Shown: positions 26,670-41,212, counted from the first letter of the stretch. The stretch: 64,000 bases of DNA from Amphiscolops sp. MND2022 (GCA_964187785.1 OZ076415.1:15252001-15316000); one strand, 5' to 3'. Notes: a model not told the origin generated them from the sequence alone. A program made the numbers and translations.

Positions 26670-27556
26670 TTAAGCCACGCCTTCCAACAACATCACCACA
26701 ACAACAAAACTCAGTAGATGACTGGCAGCATCCTCTGAGCCCAAAACCAATAAAAACGACTTCACTGCAAAACGACTCAACGACTACAAAACCACAACCC
26801 CCAACACCTGACACCACCACTGAGGACCTGTATGAAATATACCAGTACGCCCCAGACAATTACAAATTACGATAAGTTTTTGAACCCGAATTTGAACATG
26901 AAACTCAGCAACAAGACATTACCACTACACAACCCAAAGAAACACAAACAGAACACCTGAACCTACATGATGGAAACCAGCATGATGGAAATACAGGACT
27001 CACACTGGTGCTCAAGTGTTCTGACGTACTATGAAGATTATGCAGAAATATCAGGAGAACGGAATGATGATTAAAAATTAGACCAGCATGAGAACAACCT
27101 GTGCGGCGGCGCTAGTTCATTATACTGCACTATGCCATTTTTATTAGACAGCATAAGCGGAATTATAGTAACAAGCAGAATAAATCGCATATTATGCTAC
27201 GGTATTCCGAATGCAATACAGTGCTATATTTAGACTTTCCAGGGACATGACGTAATGATGTATTATTAACCTCTGACCCTAGAAATATGACGTTATGATG
27301 ATTCAGATAAAATTGGTGGTCATGCTACCAAATATAACACCCAATGAAGTCATTTTTTGAAGGAACTTCAAAATTAGTTTTCCATATAGTCATTCAACAA
27401 AAATCTCTTGCACCATACAGTCACTCAATTCCGTAAACAACCCACAAGTCCCCAAATTTTGCAGTTCTCTTGCTCTGTAAAGATAACTTCTACAGTTTCA
27501 TTCCACCCAAATATCTTTGTAATTCAAAGGTTTACACACACAACACCATTTTCATC

Positions 27557-29225
27557 ATGGGAAACAAGAGAAAAAGACGGCCAAGGAGAGTAGAATCTCA
27601 GTCATCAGACAGAGACGAAAATGTTTCAGAAGCAAGCTTCACTCAAGGTAACGCGACTTTAGTTGATGTTTCTGAAAATGTTAACAACATTTTGACAGGA
27701 ACTTAGGTAGCGAATTAACGGAACCGTCACAAATCAGCAACGAGATAGAAATAATTACCGAGAGATTGTCTGAACAAAACAGTCACAAGATGACACAAAT
27801 TGAACAACAACTGAATAGCAAACTCGAAAAAATTCTTAAAGAAATTGAAACAAACAAAGGGAGCAATTTAGGAGATGATGAAGAGGATGCCGAGGATGAT
27901 AGGCCTAGCACTTCAAAGTCAGGAAATAAACATCTCAGGAGAAAACACGCATCAAACAACGAAATTAATAGAGATAAAAATCAAGATAATCGCTTTCAGT
28001 CCTCAGAGATGCATGAACTAAGGCAACCGCCAACCCCATTTGGGATCGCAAACGTAACACTAGATGATAAAATCATCATAAGCGAAAATGGACAGGAAAC
28101 CGAATATCACACGGTGACAGGACCTACCAAGAACATCCTTAGACAAAGTTCCACTAACTCTAAGACAACAAATGCACCTGGACCAAATACAGGACTACTT
28201 GTCGAGCATCCTGAACCAACAGACCCTGTAAGTCAGATTGCCCAAGCAATCGAAAAACTCGCACGAAAGAACACAAAACCTTCTCTTTTTCACCCGAAAA
28301 ACACCCTTACCTTCAATGGCAAACTAGAGAAGAACGAGAAGTTCGAATACTTCAAAGATCTGTTCCATACAACACTTACAATGCAGCCACATCTCACTGT
28401 AGAGATGAAAATTAATCACTTCCACGCCCATCTCAGAGGATTAGCACTGAAAACTTTTAAGAACATACAAAGAACCCCCTTAACAACACTTGAAGACATC
28501 TTAGTATTCTTCCGCAGAAAGTATGTTAAGCCCGAATCTAGTGCTTGGGCAAAACATAGATTCAACAGGCTAATGATCCAACCTGAAAACCAGAAACTAC
28601 CCGACTTTCTTGAAGACCTACAAGAAAGCGCGGAAAAAGCCTTTGGGGAAGCAGCACCTCAGATGATCGAAAACCTGATATACGCCAAAATGCCTTCTCA
28701 TCTTAAAAAGTCAATCAACCACGCGTACCTCGAAAATGGTACATATGAACAAATTGTACGACATTAGAACGAGAAATGGAACTCAATGGACTCGAAGCAG
28801 ACAAGCCCCTAGTAAAGACGAAAATGACAGTTGTCAAACAACAACCTAGCGCACAAAACACTAAACCAACGTCACAAATCACTAAATCAAAAACCAAAAC
28901 TCCAAACACAGTTCCCAACAACACACTTCAGAACAACCAATGTCGATATTGCAAAGAAGAAGGTCACATAGCAGAAGAGTGCCCTAAACTTGTAAAACTA
29001 CTGAAAATGGACGAAGATCCAGACGCACCAAGATGTTCACACTGTAACACCCCAGGTCATGAGGAACCTAATTGTAATTGTTATTTTGGAGCAAACATGG
29101 GAAACCGTCCTCCCAAGTGGACCTTAACTGAAACTCAACAAAAACTCATTGAGGAGTATAAAAAGTCCAACAAGCCCATTAATCCACGGAACCCAAAACC
29201 TTCGTCATCGAAGGATTTAAACTAG
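27557..29225 (+). pseudogene. gag: Element C gag, copy 2
   Basis: Duplicate of 25001-26669 carrying the same frameshifts. Confidence 0.9.
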
Positions 29226-32200
29226 TTAAGCCACGCCTTCCAACAACATCACCACAACAACAAAACTCAGTAGATGACTGGCAGCATCCTCTGAGCCCAA
29301 AACAAATAAAAACGACTTCACTGCAAAACGACTCAACGACTACAAAAACACAACCCCCAACACCTGACACCACCACTGAGGACCTGTATGAAATATACCA
29401 GTACGCCCCAGACAATTACAAATTACGATAAGTTTTTGAACCCGAATTTGAACATGAAACTCAGCAACAAGACATTACCACTACACAACCCAAAGAAACA
29501 CAAACAGAACACCTGAACCTACAATCAACATCAGCAACGCAAACCGACAATGAAACTATGTCGGAATTGACAAAAACTCTTTTCTGTGCATAACCTGGAA
29601 ATCAACCCCTTCTTAACAATGATGTTTCCAATCACCTCACGACAGATGAAGGTAATAACATCGTGTACCTGAACCTCTCCACAAATCTCACACTCAAAAA
29701 GAAACGTCACATTTACTAATTCCCACTGGATTTCGAAAAACTCAGTCTGGATGGACTCTTTGATACAGGAGCCCTGACCAGCGCAATTAGAGACATTGGC
29801 CCAGCACCAAATTTTCGAATTATGGTGGCAAACGGTCAACTCGAACGTCCCATAGGAACTGTTCTCCTTGAATTTGAGGTGGCAGACTTTCAATTTCAAG
29901 AGAATTTCATAGTAATGAAAACACTACCGAATCCACTCATTTGTTTGTGTTTCTTACAAAGACACGATGCTCTTTTTGACATTCGGCAGAGGATCATAAC
30001 AATCCCATACTTGTCAATGCAATTACGACCCGAACACACAACAAATACCTGTGCAGCAACACCTTTGCTGACAGAAACCACCTACACCCTTCAACCCGGA
30101 GAAACTTTAGCAATATCCAGCAAAATGCCACACTTGATAGACCACAACGCAACAGGAATTGTTACCCCGTCTTCTCATATGGAGGAACGCAAAAGTATTT
30201 ACATTACCTCTTCACTCAGTACGGTCAATAAGAGCGCAGCGGGTTGTCAAGTTATCAATTTCTCGGACATGCCTTACACTCTTCCAGTGGATACACACAT
30301 GGCAGATTTCCGAGTAATAACCCCGGAACAAATCAAACACATCAAACCAGTTGATCCATCAACTCTCACCTTTATGATGCACCAACACGCCGAAAACACT
30401 GATCTATACCTCAACCAACTGATGAAAACCAATCCACCATCGGACGAACAAGAAACCTATTGGTTCCCGACATCGGAACAACCCGGGGATCCGGACACAT
30501 ACACACCCATACAACAACGCATCTATGACGAACTCATGGAACTCAACGAACTTGAACAACTGAACCCAACAGACAACGAAGAATCAAGAAAGAAATCCCT
30601 TGAGCATTTCCACTGGACAGACACCACCCTCACCCTATTTGAAAAACAGCACATTAAAGACATTCTGGTGCAATATCACGATATCTTCGCTGGACATCAT
30701 TTTGATAATTGCAGTAACAGAGAACTCAAGGTTAAACGGACACCAAACGATGATAGACCAACCTACAGCCAAAGTCTCCCTACTCCAATCGATCTTAAGG
30801 ACGACCTAACTGTTGAACTGGCTCTACTCCATCGTTATGGAATCATCACGAACTTACCCTTCTCTAATTACGCAAGCCCTGTTTTTGCTCAGAGGAAACC
30901 AATTGGACGTCTTCGCCTTTTGGTGGACCTGCGCAAAATAAATAACATCATTTCACAAGACTGTATAAATAACAACCACCCAGTCAACACGTTGTCGGAG
31001 GCAGCTCAGCTTATGGCCGGTAAGAAGCTTTGTTTGCAAACTTGATTGCTCCCAGGCATACCATTGTTTGCAAATGGCCGACTACCAGTCAATACAGATG
31101 CTGGCCTTTAATTTTGCAAGCCGAACGTTTGCATACCGACGACTTGCCCAGGGTTTGAGCCGTTCTTTGTCCGTTTTCTCATCTTTTATGAGAGAGTACA
31201 TAGACAAGGCTATTAAAGCTGACCAATATGTCGACAACATTGGCATAGCAGCAAATGACTCAACACAACTCTGCATCAACAATAAAACAGTTTTCGAATG
31301 CATTAGAAAAGCGGGCCTAAAACTCACCATGGCTAAATGTCATTTTGGAGTCAAACAAGTTGACTTCTTGGAACGAACAATCACCCCGGAAGGAGTTTCT
31401 CCACAAGCAGAAAAAGTCAAACAGTTTTTTCAAAAACTCAAATTTCCGAAGTCCGAAAAAGCCTTTCAAAGATATATTGGGTTTCCTAACTACTACAGAA
31501 ACTATATCCCTCGTTTATCGGAAAAACTTTCGCATTTTTTAAAACTGCTTAAAGATACATTACAGTTTAGTATACCAAAAACAATTTTGGACACATTCAT
31601 CGAACCAAATCAACAACTGGACAAAATGTGCAGTTTGGCACTGAAACAATCTAAAGAACAAACATTTCATCCTAAAGACTGATGCCAGGTTCACAGCGGC
31701 CGACAATGCCATTATGATCGAGGATGACTCAAACCAAAAACTCCAATTGAGAAGGAAAACTTATGCCCCGATCGCTTTTGGCTCAAAAACATTCAACCCA
31801 ACCAAACTCAAAATGTCAATATACGCAAGTTTTATACGCGAAAGAATTGTTGGCAATTTATTTTGTGTTCACTGAATTTTGACACCTAATGTGAAGAAGC
31901 GTCTTTCCTGTTATCGTTTCCACAGATAACCGTTCAGTAACACGCTTCTTTCAAACTAAAATAATACCACCACCCCTCTGGAGCGCATGTGACTATGTAC
32001 TACAATATAACTTCGTCATAGTACACGTTGCAGGAGCTATGAACAGAGCTGCCGATTTCCTTTCAAGAGCGGAAGTAAACCCGACTGAAAAACTTGAAAT
32101 GAACATCCGAAATGATGTTGCAACCAAAGCAATTGAAGTCAAGATACAGTCAAAAGGAGTTGCTGAGGAAGAACCTCGCTACATCCTTCCGGAAGAAACT

Positions 32201-33994
32201 CCCACAGAACAACAACTATGGGAAGAGAAGGAAACACTACGTAAAAGAGCGAAAATGGAAACTCACAATGACCCAAAAAACGAAGTGTCGGAACTCCAAA
32301 ACTTCCATAAATCCACAGCAGGAACAATCGACTATAGAGAAGGACACTTCAAAGACAACGGAAAAAACTGTTTAGAACAAAACAACGACCCAGTCCTACG
32401 AAATCTCTGATACAAAATCGGAGGCGAATCCTATGATGAATCTGCACTCACCCAGGATTACCGATACAAACACTTTCTACAGAGTATAATGAGAATTGAA
32501 ATTAGACAAGATGTTCTAACAAGGAAATACTACAATGACACGGGTATGATCTCTCATTATCAAGTTCTCTTACCCAAACAACTCTTAGATGAATTCCTAC
32601 ATGCTCTCCATGGGCATAACGCAAACCACCCAGGAATCACAAAGATGATCCAAGAAGCAAGACAAAAATATTATTACCCATGTATTGCTAAATACATCCG
32701 AATTTGGGTCACCAAATGTCAAATGTGTATCCAAAACAAACGAATCAATAATGACCTTCTAAAACTGAACTACTCAATTGTCCTGAATGGGACTCAGGTC
32801 CTGAGGACATACTACAAATTGATATTCTTCCGAACCTTCCCCCAGGTGGAGGTTATGACAATATTATCACAGCAAGAGAAGTAGCCGCTGTAGTGAAAAT
32901 AGAACTCAAACACGCCACAACAAAACATGCTCAAACAATCGGACTGTTAGAACGTACACACGCATCAGTCAAAAGGCATCTTAAAGCAGCCACATGAGAC
33001 TTCAGAAACAACTGGCACAGGTTTCTACCTTTGGCGGTTTTAAACCACAACACAACGCACCATGCAACACTCGGATGCGAACCAACACGAGTCTTCCATG
33101 GACGATTCCCGCATAATATTTTGGTTTTTAAACTTGAATACAACCCAAATCCCCGCTACCAACCCCAAACTGAGGTAGCAGAAGAAGTCCAGCGACGTAT
33201 TGCATTACTTCACGACAAAACGAAGAAAAACATAATGCAATCGTACCTCGAATATAAAGCATATTATGATAGGAAAGCAAAAGCGGCACCTCTAACAACT
33301 GAGGACTACTGTTTTATCTAGAACCCGAAAGCACACACTCAAGCAACAAAAATACCTTCTCGAGAATTTCGATGGGTTGGTCCGTACAAGGTCGAAAAGG
33401 TCCTACTGAACAATAACTATATTGTTCGCAGACTTGGCACAAACAAAACCCAACGTTCTTCATCGTAATAGATTACGCAAATACATACCACAGGCCCCTC
33501 TCGCAGATACTTTTGTCAGAGAGACGGAATAGCAAAAGGAAGATACACTTATCTCGCAAGCTGACCTGTATGCCCACACTTGGAACACAAATTTTAGATC
33601 TATTCCATTTGAAACAACACTAGAAAGTTGTGACCAACAAGAGGACACGGTTGAATATGAACCTACATCTAAAACTTGATGTATACAGCACTCCCGCCCA
33701 CAATAATTTTGAAAACAGTGGGGGATCCCAGCAGAACAATCTGCTGCGAATAACGAAGAACCCCAGTTGATTGAAAAAACCCCTTCAGAAGACGAAATTC
33801 ATGAGCCTATACCAGAAACTTCAAGAAATCCAGAAAATTCCCAACATATCCCTTCCCAAATTTCCCCACAAACTCCCGAAAACAACCCAGAAATTGATGC
33901 ACAAGAAGTAGAAGAAATTGTTGTTACAAGAAGTGAAAAATACAATTTACGTCCAAACCCTAATCCTAACTACTCAGACTCATACAGATATTAA
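29226..33994 (+). pseudogene. pol: Element C pol (PR-RT-RH-IN), degenerate
   Basis: LFDTGALTSA; LRLLVDLRKINN; AFNFASRTFAYRRLAQGL; QYVDNI; HGHNANHPG..CQMC; C-terminal KYNLRPNPNPNYSDSYRY. Confidence 0.93.
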
Positions 33995-34345
33995 AGGAAA
34001 TGACAAAGATGGAGACTCAAAGACTTCAACTACATACGACTTTCTCTTGTCTCTTTACTTTTCTTAACAGTTTCATGATTTTTCTTTTCTCGGCCTTTCG
34101 ACAAAAGCGAAAGCCACCTTTTAATACAAACAAATAGACTAGAACATACGAACTCAGGTGTATTCAACCTGGAACGCAAAGGAAATTGCACTAACAACGT
34201 CAAGAATCAAACAGAAATTAAATATGCAACTAGGAAATGCAGATGATTACTATAACAAAGTAATGTACAAAGTGTCAATTTGGGTGACGGGAGCACAGCT
34301 AATTGTCACTAGAATCCTTCTTTTTAACAAGGAGCTTCCTGGAAC

Positions 34346-37300
34346 TCACGTTTTTCCCGTGGGTGGAAACGGAACTGCAGTAGGAAACCAGGGAAAAGAC
34401 AAAGTTGCAGTTGCCAAAGACGGAAACTCAACTCTTGTTTTTCCAGCCTGATCCTGGGATTTAGAACCGGTTCGGATGGGCCCCGGAGTTACAAACTTTG
34501 GCTTTGAACAGGAAGCAGCTTTTGACTCTGGCAATGAACTAGTAGGACTAGGAGTCTTCAGATTACAATCAATGGAAGTCCATGATCTCTCCTCATCAGT
34601 AACAGTGCAATTATAGCGAGCTTCAACACGATCGAGGAGTAATTGTCTACGTGAGAGACAGGAAGAGGTAACATGCCATACCGAAAAATCTTCGTCCTCC
34701 ACTAGAGTACTGCCTTTTCCCAACAAAGAAAAATGGGATCCACTGTCCTAGGGTTATTGAATAGACCCGACATATTTGGTACTCCAATTAGGGCAGATTG
34801 GGTACTGCGAACGCAAGAATGGAACTCATCATAATCAGAGGACAATTGGAGTGAGGATAGATTGAAAGAAGGAGGGATGTTGGAGACAACTAACAGACTA
34901 AGGCAACACAATTTGAAGACCGTGAATAAATTCTCACGGCTATGCAATTCGTAATACCCAGATAGGAAGTCTATCCAGGTACCATCATAGACTGGGCTGC
35001 AAGATCTGAATATTTCCACAAAGGAACGATACTAGCTCTTTAGCAAAGGTTTCGAAGTGGCAGAGATCCAGTGTTGCTGAATCAAGTAATCATACAACAA
35101 TTCGGCGTCATGACAGTAGTTAGTTTCTTCTCCGTGGCGGATAACTCTGTCGTCAAAAATAGATGACGCACGAACCAATTTTGACTTTCGAATCACATGC
35201 TTGAGGAGTAGGGCGCAAAGATTCTTCTGGAAGCAAATCACCTGCTTCACAAAATGCGTAGGTGTTGTAATTTCTCCTTCAGCAACCAAGGCAGCAAATT
35301 CCTTGTTTCGCAAAAACACAGTAGGACTCTTACGGGGCAAGTCAGGAGAAGAAAGGTCGATAGAAAGATATCTGTCCCAATCTGAGATGCCGCCAAGGTA
35401 GGAGTCCGGCAGAATACACTGTAACTGGCTGTACACGAAGACTGCAAAAGAATTGTACAAGCGAAAGTTGATAGAAGCAACTCCATTGAATGCTGACTCG
35501 TCTAAACATAAAAGAAATCAATCGAAGGAAAAGGAGGAAAATAACACAAAATACGGAAGAGAGGACTTACAATCCAACAACACATTCCTGACCAGAAACA
35601 ACTTGGCGGGATACGTTTGTCCCTATAGAAGGTCTCGTCAAGACTTCGTGACTGAAAAAATGATAAGGGGTTTTAGGAGAAAGAATTATACAAGCAGATA
35701 GAACATATGAATAACAAAGTCACCTCATTCATATGATATTTGAAAGCCTTGAGGCAATCAGCAAGACGAAGATGTGAGATGATTCGGGTCTAATTCCTGT
35801 ACAATTGCTCGAGAATCACTACCGACTCAGCAAAATTAAATTGAAGAGTGACAATGGCCTGAAACACAACAACTAGACTATAACAGCGTCAAAGCACAAT
35901 TAATAGATGCTAGGTGGATCAGGAATTATGATGCTGTAAGCGGTTTTCCGAACTCAGCATAAGAAGGCATGCAGGATACAGCATAAGCTCGGTGGATGAT
36001 GCAGATTCCAAATGAAAACAGCATCACGCAGAGAGTATTATGCAGAAATGAAGAAAAAACCTCATGATCATGCTGTGATGAACGGACGTAGTGTAGCGTA
36101 CTGTAAAGCATCATAACACTACATTAGAGGGAGTTCAGCTTAACGGAACGAAATTATGCGGTTTTGCAAAACAGACAGAATGACGGAACGATTTTATGCA
36201 GTTTCTAGTGAAAATCAGCATAAAGAACCATGGTATGTTCACAAGATAGTAGCATGACAAAGTGTCATATGCGGACTTCAGCGAGAAACAGCGATGCTAA
36301 CATGATCAGGAGGTATTTCAGAGGAAAACAGTATGATAAAAAGCCCCATGCGGTTTGCAACATGAAACAGCATTGAGGAATAATCTTATGACGTTTTGAG
36401 ATGAAGACATCATACGGAAGCAGAACTATGCGGTTTTAGAAGAAAAACAGCATATGTGGGTGGCTTGTTCAGATTCGGAAAAACAGCCTAATAGAAGAAC
36501 ATTATGCAGTTTTTAACAAACACTGTATACGGAAATACGAAAGAATCGGAACAAAAGCATGTAGAGTATGCGGAATGGCAGAATGAAATTGATACAAGAT
36601 AACGTGACAAATTATGATGCATTATGACGTTTTCTTAAGACAGTACAAAACAGAAGCAAGTGTAGATAACTTTTTCAGCTAACAAATTTCGGGATGAAAT
36701 GGAAAATACAAAGAAACCGACAAATTTGGTAAACCAACCTTACGTAACTCAGATTATTGTTGAGCCAGGCAGCTTCCAAAGCGGGTTTCAGCTTCATCAG
36801 TAAGAATTGAAGAATACTGTGATAGTCGAACCTATCCAGAATCTTGACTGTGGGCCCAGCTAGAACCTTGTATAGATCACAGTGACCAAATGTAGGAACG
36901 ACGCAAACTGAAGGGATCTGATTTATTTCAACAGTGAGAGTTTTGGCCGATTGCGCATCAAATCCAAAGAGAGAGTAGACTGGAGGTGGTTTACTCGGGA
37001 CAGAAAGATAAGAGCAAACTACTTGAAGAGCCTTTTTAGCGGACAATTGAGCGTCAGGAAATTCAGCAAGACAAAAGTAGTTGAAAACGTTGCCGGCCCA
37101 AAATGTGATGACGACACGAATGCAACCATTCAAGGTCTGTAACTGCAACGAACATTGCCCAGACTGACTGATAGAAGCAATGGAGTAAGACAGCAATCCG
37201 CGGAACATGTAGACCAAGATTCCCTGTTCAACAAAATAAGAACATTCAGGAATGAACAGAATTAGTATAGTAATTTCAAAAATTAAAGACACTTACGAAA

Positions 37301-38657
37301 ACGCGTTCCGGGTTCCAGTTGAACTGTGGTACCTTTGTGGTTTCTCGGACTTCCAAACTGAGGTTAGCCCAAAGTGAAGTCAGGACTTCTGATTCCCCAT
37401 GTTGAAGGCCAGTGATCAGGATACGGACTTGGGAGCAAATGACAGCAAATGGATCCAGGATGTCAGTGCGGGGTAATTCTTTTTGCCCTGGTAGTAAGTA
37501 ACATTCGCCAAGGACGTTTGCAATGGGGAAAGTTTATTCTGCTTTCTCACGGGCTTCGTCAACGAAGGTCCGACCAACTCCAGTTCGTCACGACCTTATA
37601 AAGGCAGTCCTGGGGTCTCCATTCTGATCCTATGCTCCCGTATCAAGTGCGCGTCAGTTCTATAATGAGACAAAATCTCTAGTGAACCTTTAGTCTTGAA
37701 AGACAATTCAGTGTGAAACACCCTACAGCGCCACTTGTGTGAGTCTCTGTCAGCATCGGCGGGGGCAGTCACGAAGAACTTGAAAACAGAGTGTTTTCGA
37801 TACATCTGGACGTTCAACTGAATGCGGGGGCGAGGTCGTTTCTGAGTCCCACTGCGGTCGTCTGAGGAAGCGGGCTGAGTCTTCTCCGCTTAACCCTGAT
37901 AGGATTTCTTCTGAGTTTCTTTCTGCACTGTGTGAAGAGTGAGGTACTATCGGAAGTTCCAAGGGTAACCCTTGCAGCCAACGAACCACTCGCTGTCCCA
38001 CGAGACTCAGGTTCAGGGTCGTTGACGGAAGGTCCCGTTTGTGGTTGGGGGAGAGTTTCCATCAATTTAGAATTGATTGCAGTCGTGGTCTCAGTGACCA
38101 TCGCTCTGATTCTCCTCTCTAATGCAAGTAGGTCTAGAATTGTAGCGTAACTACTGCTTTGCTGAGGAAGTTCATTAGTTACCTCATTGTTGACGACTGG
38201 TGTTTCCTTGCTCTCAACTGCGTCGCCAGATTGCCGCAAGTCAGTCAGGAAAACAGAGAAGGGAGAACCATGAGTAGTGTCTGCTGATCATTTAGGAGTA
38301 TTTTCGACACCTGAGGTCCCAATGATTTCAACAGTCTCTTGAAAATTGTCATCAGAAGCGGCAAATGTTTGAGCTTGATTGGATTTTTCTCCTGCTGGGT
38401 TTGAAGTGTCAACCTTCGCGAGGAGTAAGAAACTGGCACGTTCTATCGGAGAAGGGACTGTTTGGCTGATGGAGATCATGCTCCTATCGAAAGAATGTTT
38501 GATACCGTCTAAATCAGCTGTGGGCTCTATCCCTTCAGGTATTTCCGCGAAGCGTTCTGGCGTAGACTGGTCAAAACGTCTCTCAAAAGGGACAAGTAAC
38601 GCAAAATCAGAGGAAGAGGTTGGCTTGGAAGTGGAGCACGTGGACCAAGAGGGAGAC
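34346..38657 (-). pseudogene. Element C antisense intron-containing gene: zinc finger + hAT-transposase-like fold + hAT C-terminal-like region
   Basis: S/T/E-rich N-terminus; finger WRCRV(F)HTELSFKTKGSLEILSHYRTDAH; GT-AG introns at 37296-37224, 36743-35859, 35723-35652 and 35570-35502; C-terminal SKLVRASSIFDDRVI...WIDFLSGYYELHSRENLFTVFKLCCLSL. Several frameshifts and stops are present. Confidence 0.75.
35900..36660. repeat. Degenerate CAGCAT/TTATGC(G) minisatellite-like tract (inside the long intron)
   Basis: Dense recurrence of cagcat and attatgc/tatgcgg motifs. A similar texture occurs at 39300-39720 and in the element C LTRs (~24150-24700, ~41450-41950). Confidence 0.5.
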
Positions 38658-40194
38658 TAAAACACAAGGGAAACCAGAAATTGCGAGAATATATCAGAAT
38701 CGGAAGTTATCTGAGCGAAATCGTGAGAACCTGATCAATTCTCACTTTAAACACTGGAGTTAACTCAAAAAATTTGTTCACCAATTGCTACAGGAAACCC
38801 GAAAATGGATCTGCGGTTATTTTCGTGGGAAATAGAAATCTGTTCATGACTTCAAACAGGAAATCCGAAAAAGGACGGTTCAGAGTTGATGAAAAATGAA
38901 GAAACCTGGTCTCTATTTTGTACTGAAAGCTCAAACTTAAACTTGTATAAATATGGAGTCCAAAGAAAATACAGAACACGTTTCCGTTTACTGAAACTAA
39001 TCGAAAATGTTTGAAACACAGACCTTGTGTTGACGTTTCTGGCTCCCCGTTCTTCTCAGTCATCTCTGCTCGTAAATTAGTTGCAACAATTATCGCCGGA
39101 AATGAAAGTAACGTCTGATGAAGGAAAGTTGAAGGAAATGGAAATGGTGTAACCAATGGTGTTCAGCGACTGAAAAATGATGTAAAACTGTGTAGAGGCT
39201 GAGAACAAGAAGACTATAGACTAACGAATACACTTGTCAAAATTGGAAATTACCTGTGCAAAAAAAAGATGATGGAAGACGTGGCGTTTACCGAAGGCAA
39301 AGAAGCAAATAATAGATGTTAGTTTGCAAAGTTTGCAGCAGATCTCAATTCTGATTGGTTAATAAATGTGCAAAGTTTGGGAATATCTGCCAGTATGACC
39401 AAAGAAAACATGAACACTCTTACATGTAGGCGAGGACAGCTTGTGCAAACACTGGGCAAGACAGCGTGTGCATAAAAGGAAGTGTGAATGAAATTATGCG
39501 GGAAGTGTGATGAAACAGCATAATTGTGTGATATATTATGCTGTACAGGAAATAAATGCTGCATAACGACAACGCAAACGGAGAACAAAACTAATGCAAT
39601 ATGTTAACTGTGCTGATTATGTAAAACTATGATGCAATATGATGTTTTCAGTAAACGTCTTATAATGTAAATTACCGCTGGTAGTGCTGTATTAGTTGTT
39701 ATGCGTTGGCAGATGTATGAATGGAAACTCATTAATTGGAAAAGTAATGAGTAATACTATGAAGGCGTGAAAACTTTCACTTTATGAACCTGAATAAACC
39801 CGTGACATATTTGCTTACAAATAATTAAAATTGGCATGACCAAAATGGAAGCACAAAAATCAAATCATAAAGAACACAAAAATAAAATTACAAGTCTGAT
39901 GTTTGTTTATATGGAATTAATTGATTTAGCGGGGCTTTATCTCTCAGATTCTACGATGATGTGCCCGCGAAATCGGGGAAAACGGGTATTTCAAGAAATG
40001 TTTTGATGTAATATATATAAAAACTTCATAACCCTATAAAAATCTAGAAAACTTCACCATTTAGGTCTAAATTCTTACAAAAACAGTTGCTACCTTGACT
40101 TTGATTCTCTCAGTTCAACTGCTATTTTGATAAATTCATATTTCTAATTTTTTCTTGTCATCCTCAATATTGAGTTCGGATCATTAAATAAAAC

Positions 40195-41212
40195 ATGACC
40201 GATACACACGTGGGAAGGAACAGCAACATGATCACCCCCATGATCACGAGTCCTGCTCTGGAGCTAATAAACATTTCAAGCAGCTCAGGAGAAGAATTTG
40301 TTGTGGAGCCTTTCTCTCTAGCAGAACTAGAAGACAGATTCAGGGTACCTCGCTCTCATCTAGCTGACTTGCCAACGGCCTTCGTGGGAGCAGCTGAGGC
40401 AGTCCTGTTCGCGCGAGAAATTGAGATGGGAAATGATTCGGAGCACCATGTTGATACCAGAGGGTCAAACATTGAAAATGACCTTATGGACTTACTGGAC
40501 GAAGCCATAGATGTGTCCCCGCTTACGTTTATTGGCTCATCGGAAGACAAAGTGGACCCTTTCCTAGATGCAAACTGCGCGAACGTGGAAAGAAACTCCT
40601 ACGGGCGACCAGTACTAAGGGTGGCACCAATACCTAGACAACCGTAAGTGATCAGACCACTTGCAAACCCACCAAAAATTCAGAGTAACACGAGCGCGTT
40701 CACAGCAGTTATGCCTACGATACAGGGACCACAGGAACCAGCTGCGCGCCCATTCCTCCAGGCAATTTGTTTACCCATGCAGGTCCCTTTCTACCCGAAC
40801 AGTTGGAACAACGGAGGTTACTATCAGACAGATCCTAATATGCAGGCGAACCAAGGACACCAAGCTTTCCAAGGGGGTCCCGCGAACAGTTAACCGATAC
40901 TACAGATGAACCCATCAGTAATGCCCGAAGTGGCTGGATACTGCTCAGGGTGTAACAAGACAAACGACCAGATAGCTGTTGAAACTCTAACTCACTTTGT
41001 AGCGTGGTCGGAGATCAAACATTCAGAGATCGTAATGTGAGATAGATGGATTTGGTGCGGCGTTTATCTGCTTTAAAAATGCTGGACTGTCGGCAAGCTA
41101 CCCTTGCGAGGTGTCCGGAGTGCAACATCGCTCAGCAGATCAACTGCCTGCACCCAATCACGAAACACCCGGATGTACAATACAGCAAACAATTATGGCC
41201 CAAGAGAGATGA
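40195..41212 (+). pseudogene. Element C small sense ORF with CxxC motif running into U3
   Basis: ORFs 40195-40647 and 40648-40893, then GYCSGCNKTNDQIAVETL and IDGFGAAFICFKNAGLS, matching the element D ORF (GDCIVCGRSYEQI; LEGMNQGTVLLVPRGVS). Confidence 0.6.

Larger units (their letters stand above)
24418..29523 (+). repeat. Near-identical 2.55-kb tandem duplication (partial LTR + gag + start of pol)
   Basis: 24418-26967 matches 26974-29523 (offset 2556) with only a handful of SNPs. The junction is CTACA-TGATGG-AAACCAGCATGATGG. Confidence 0.95.
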
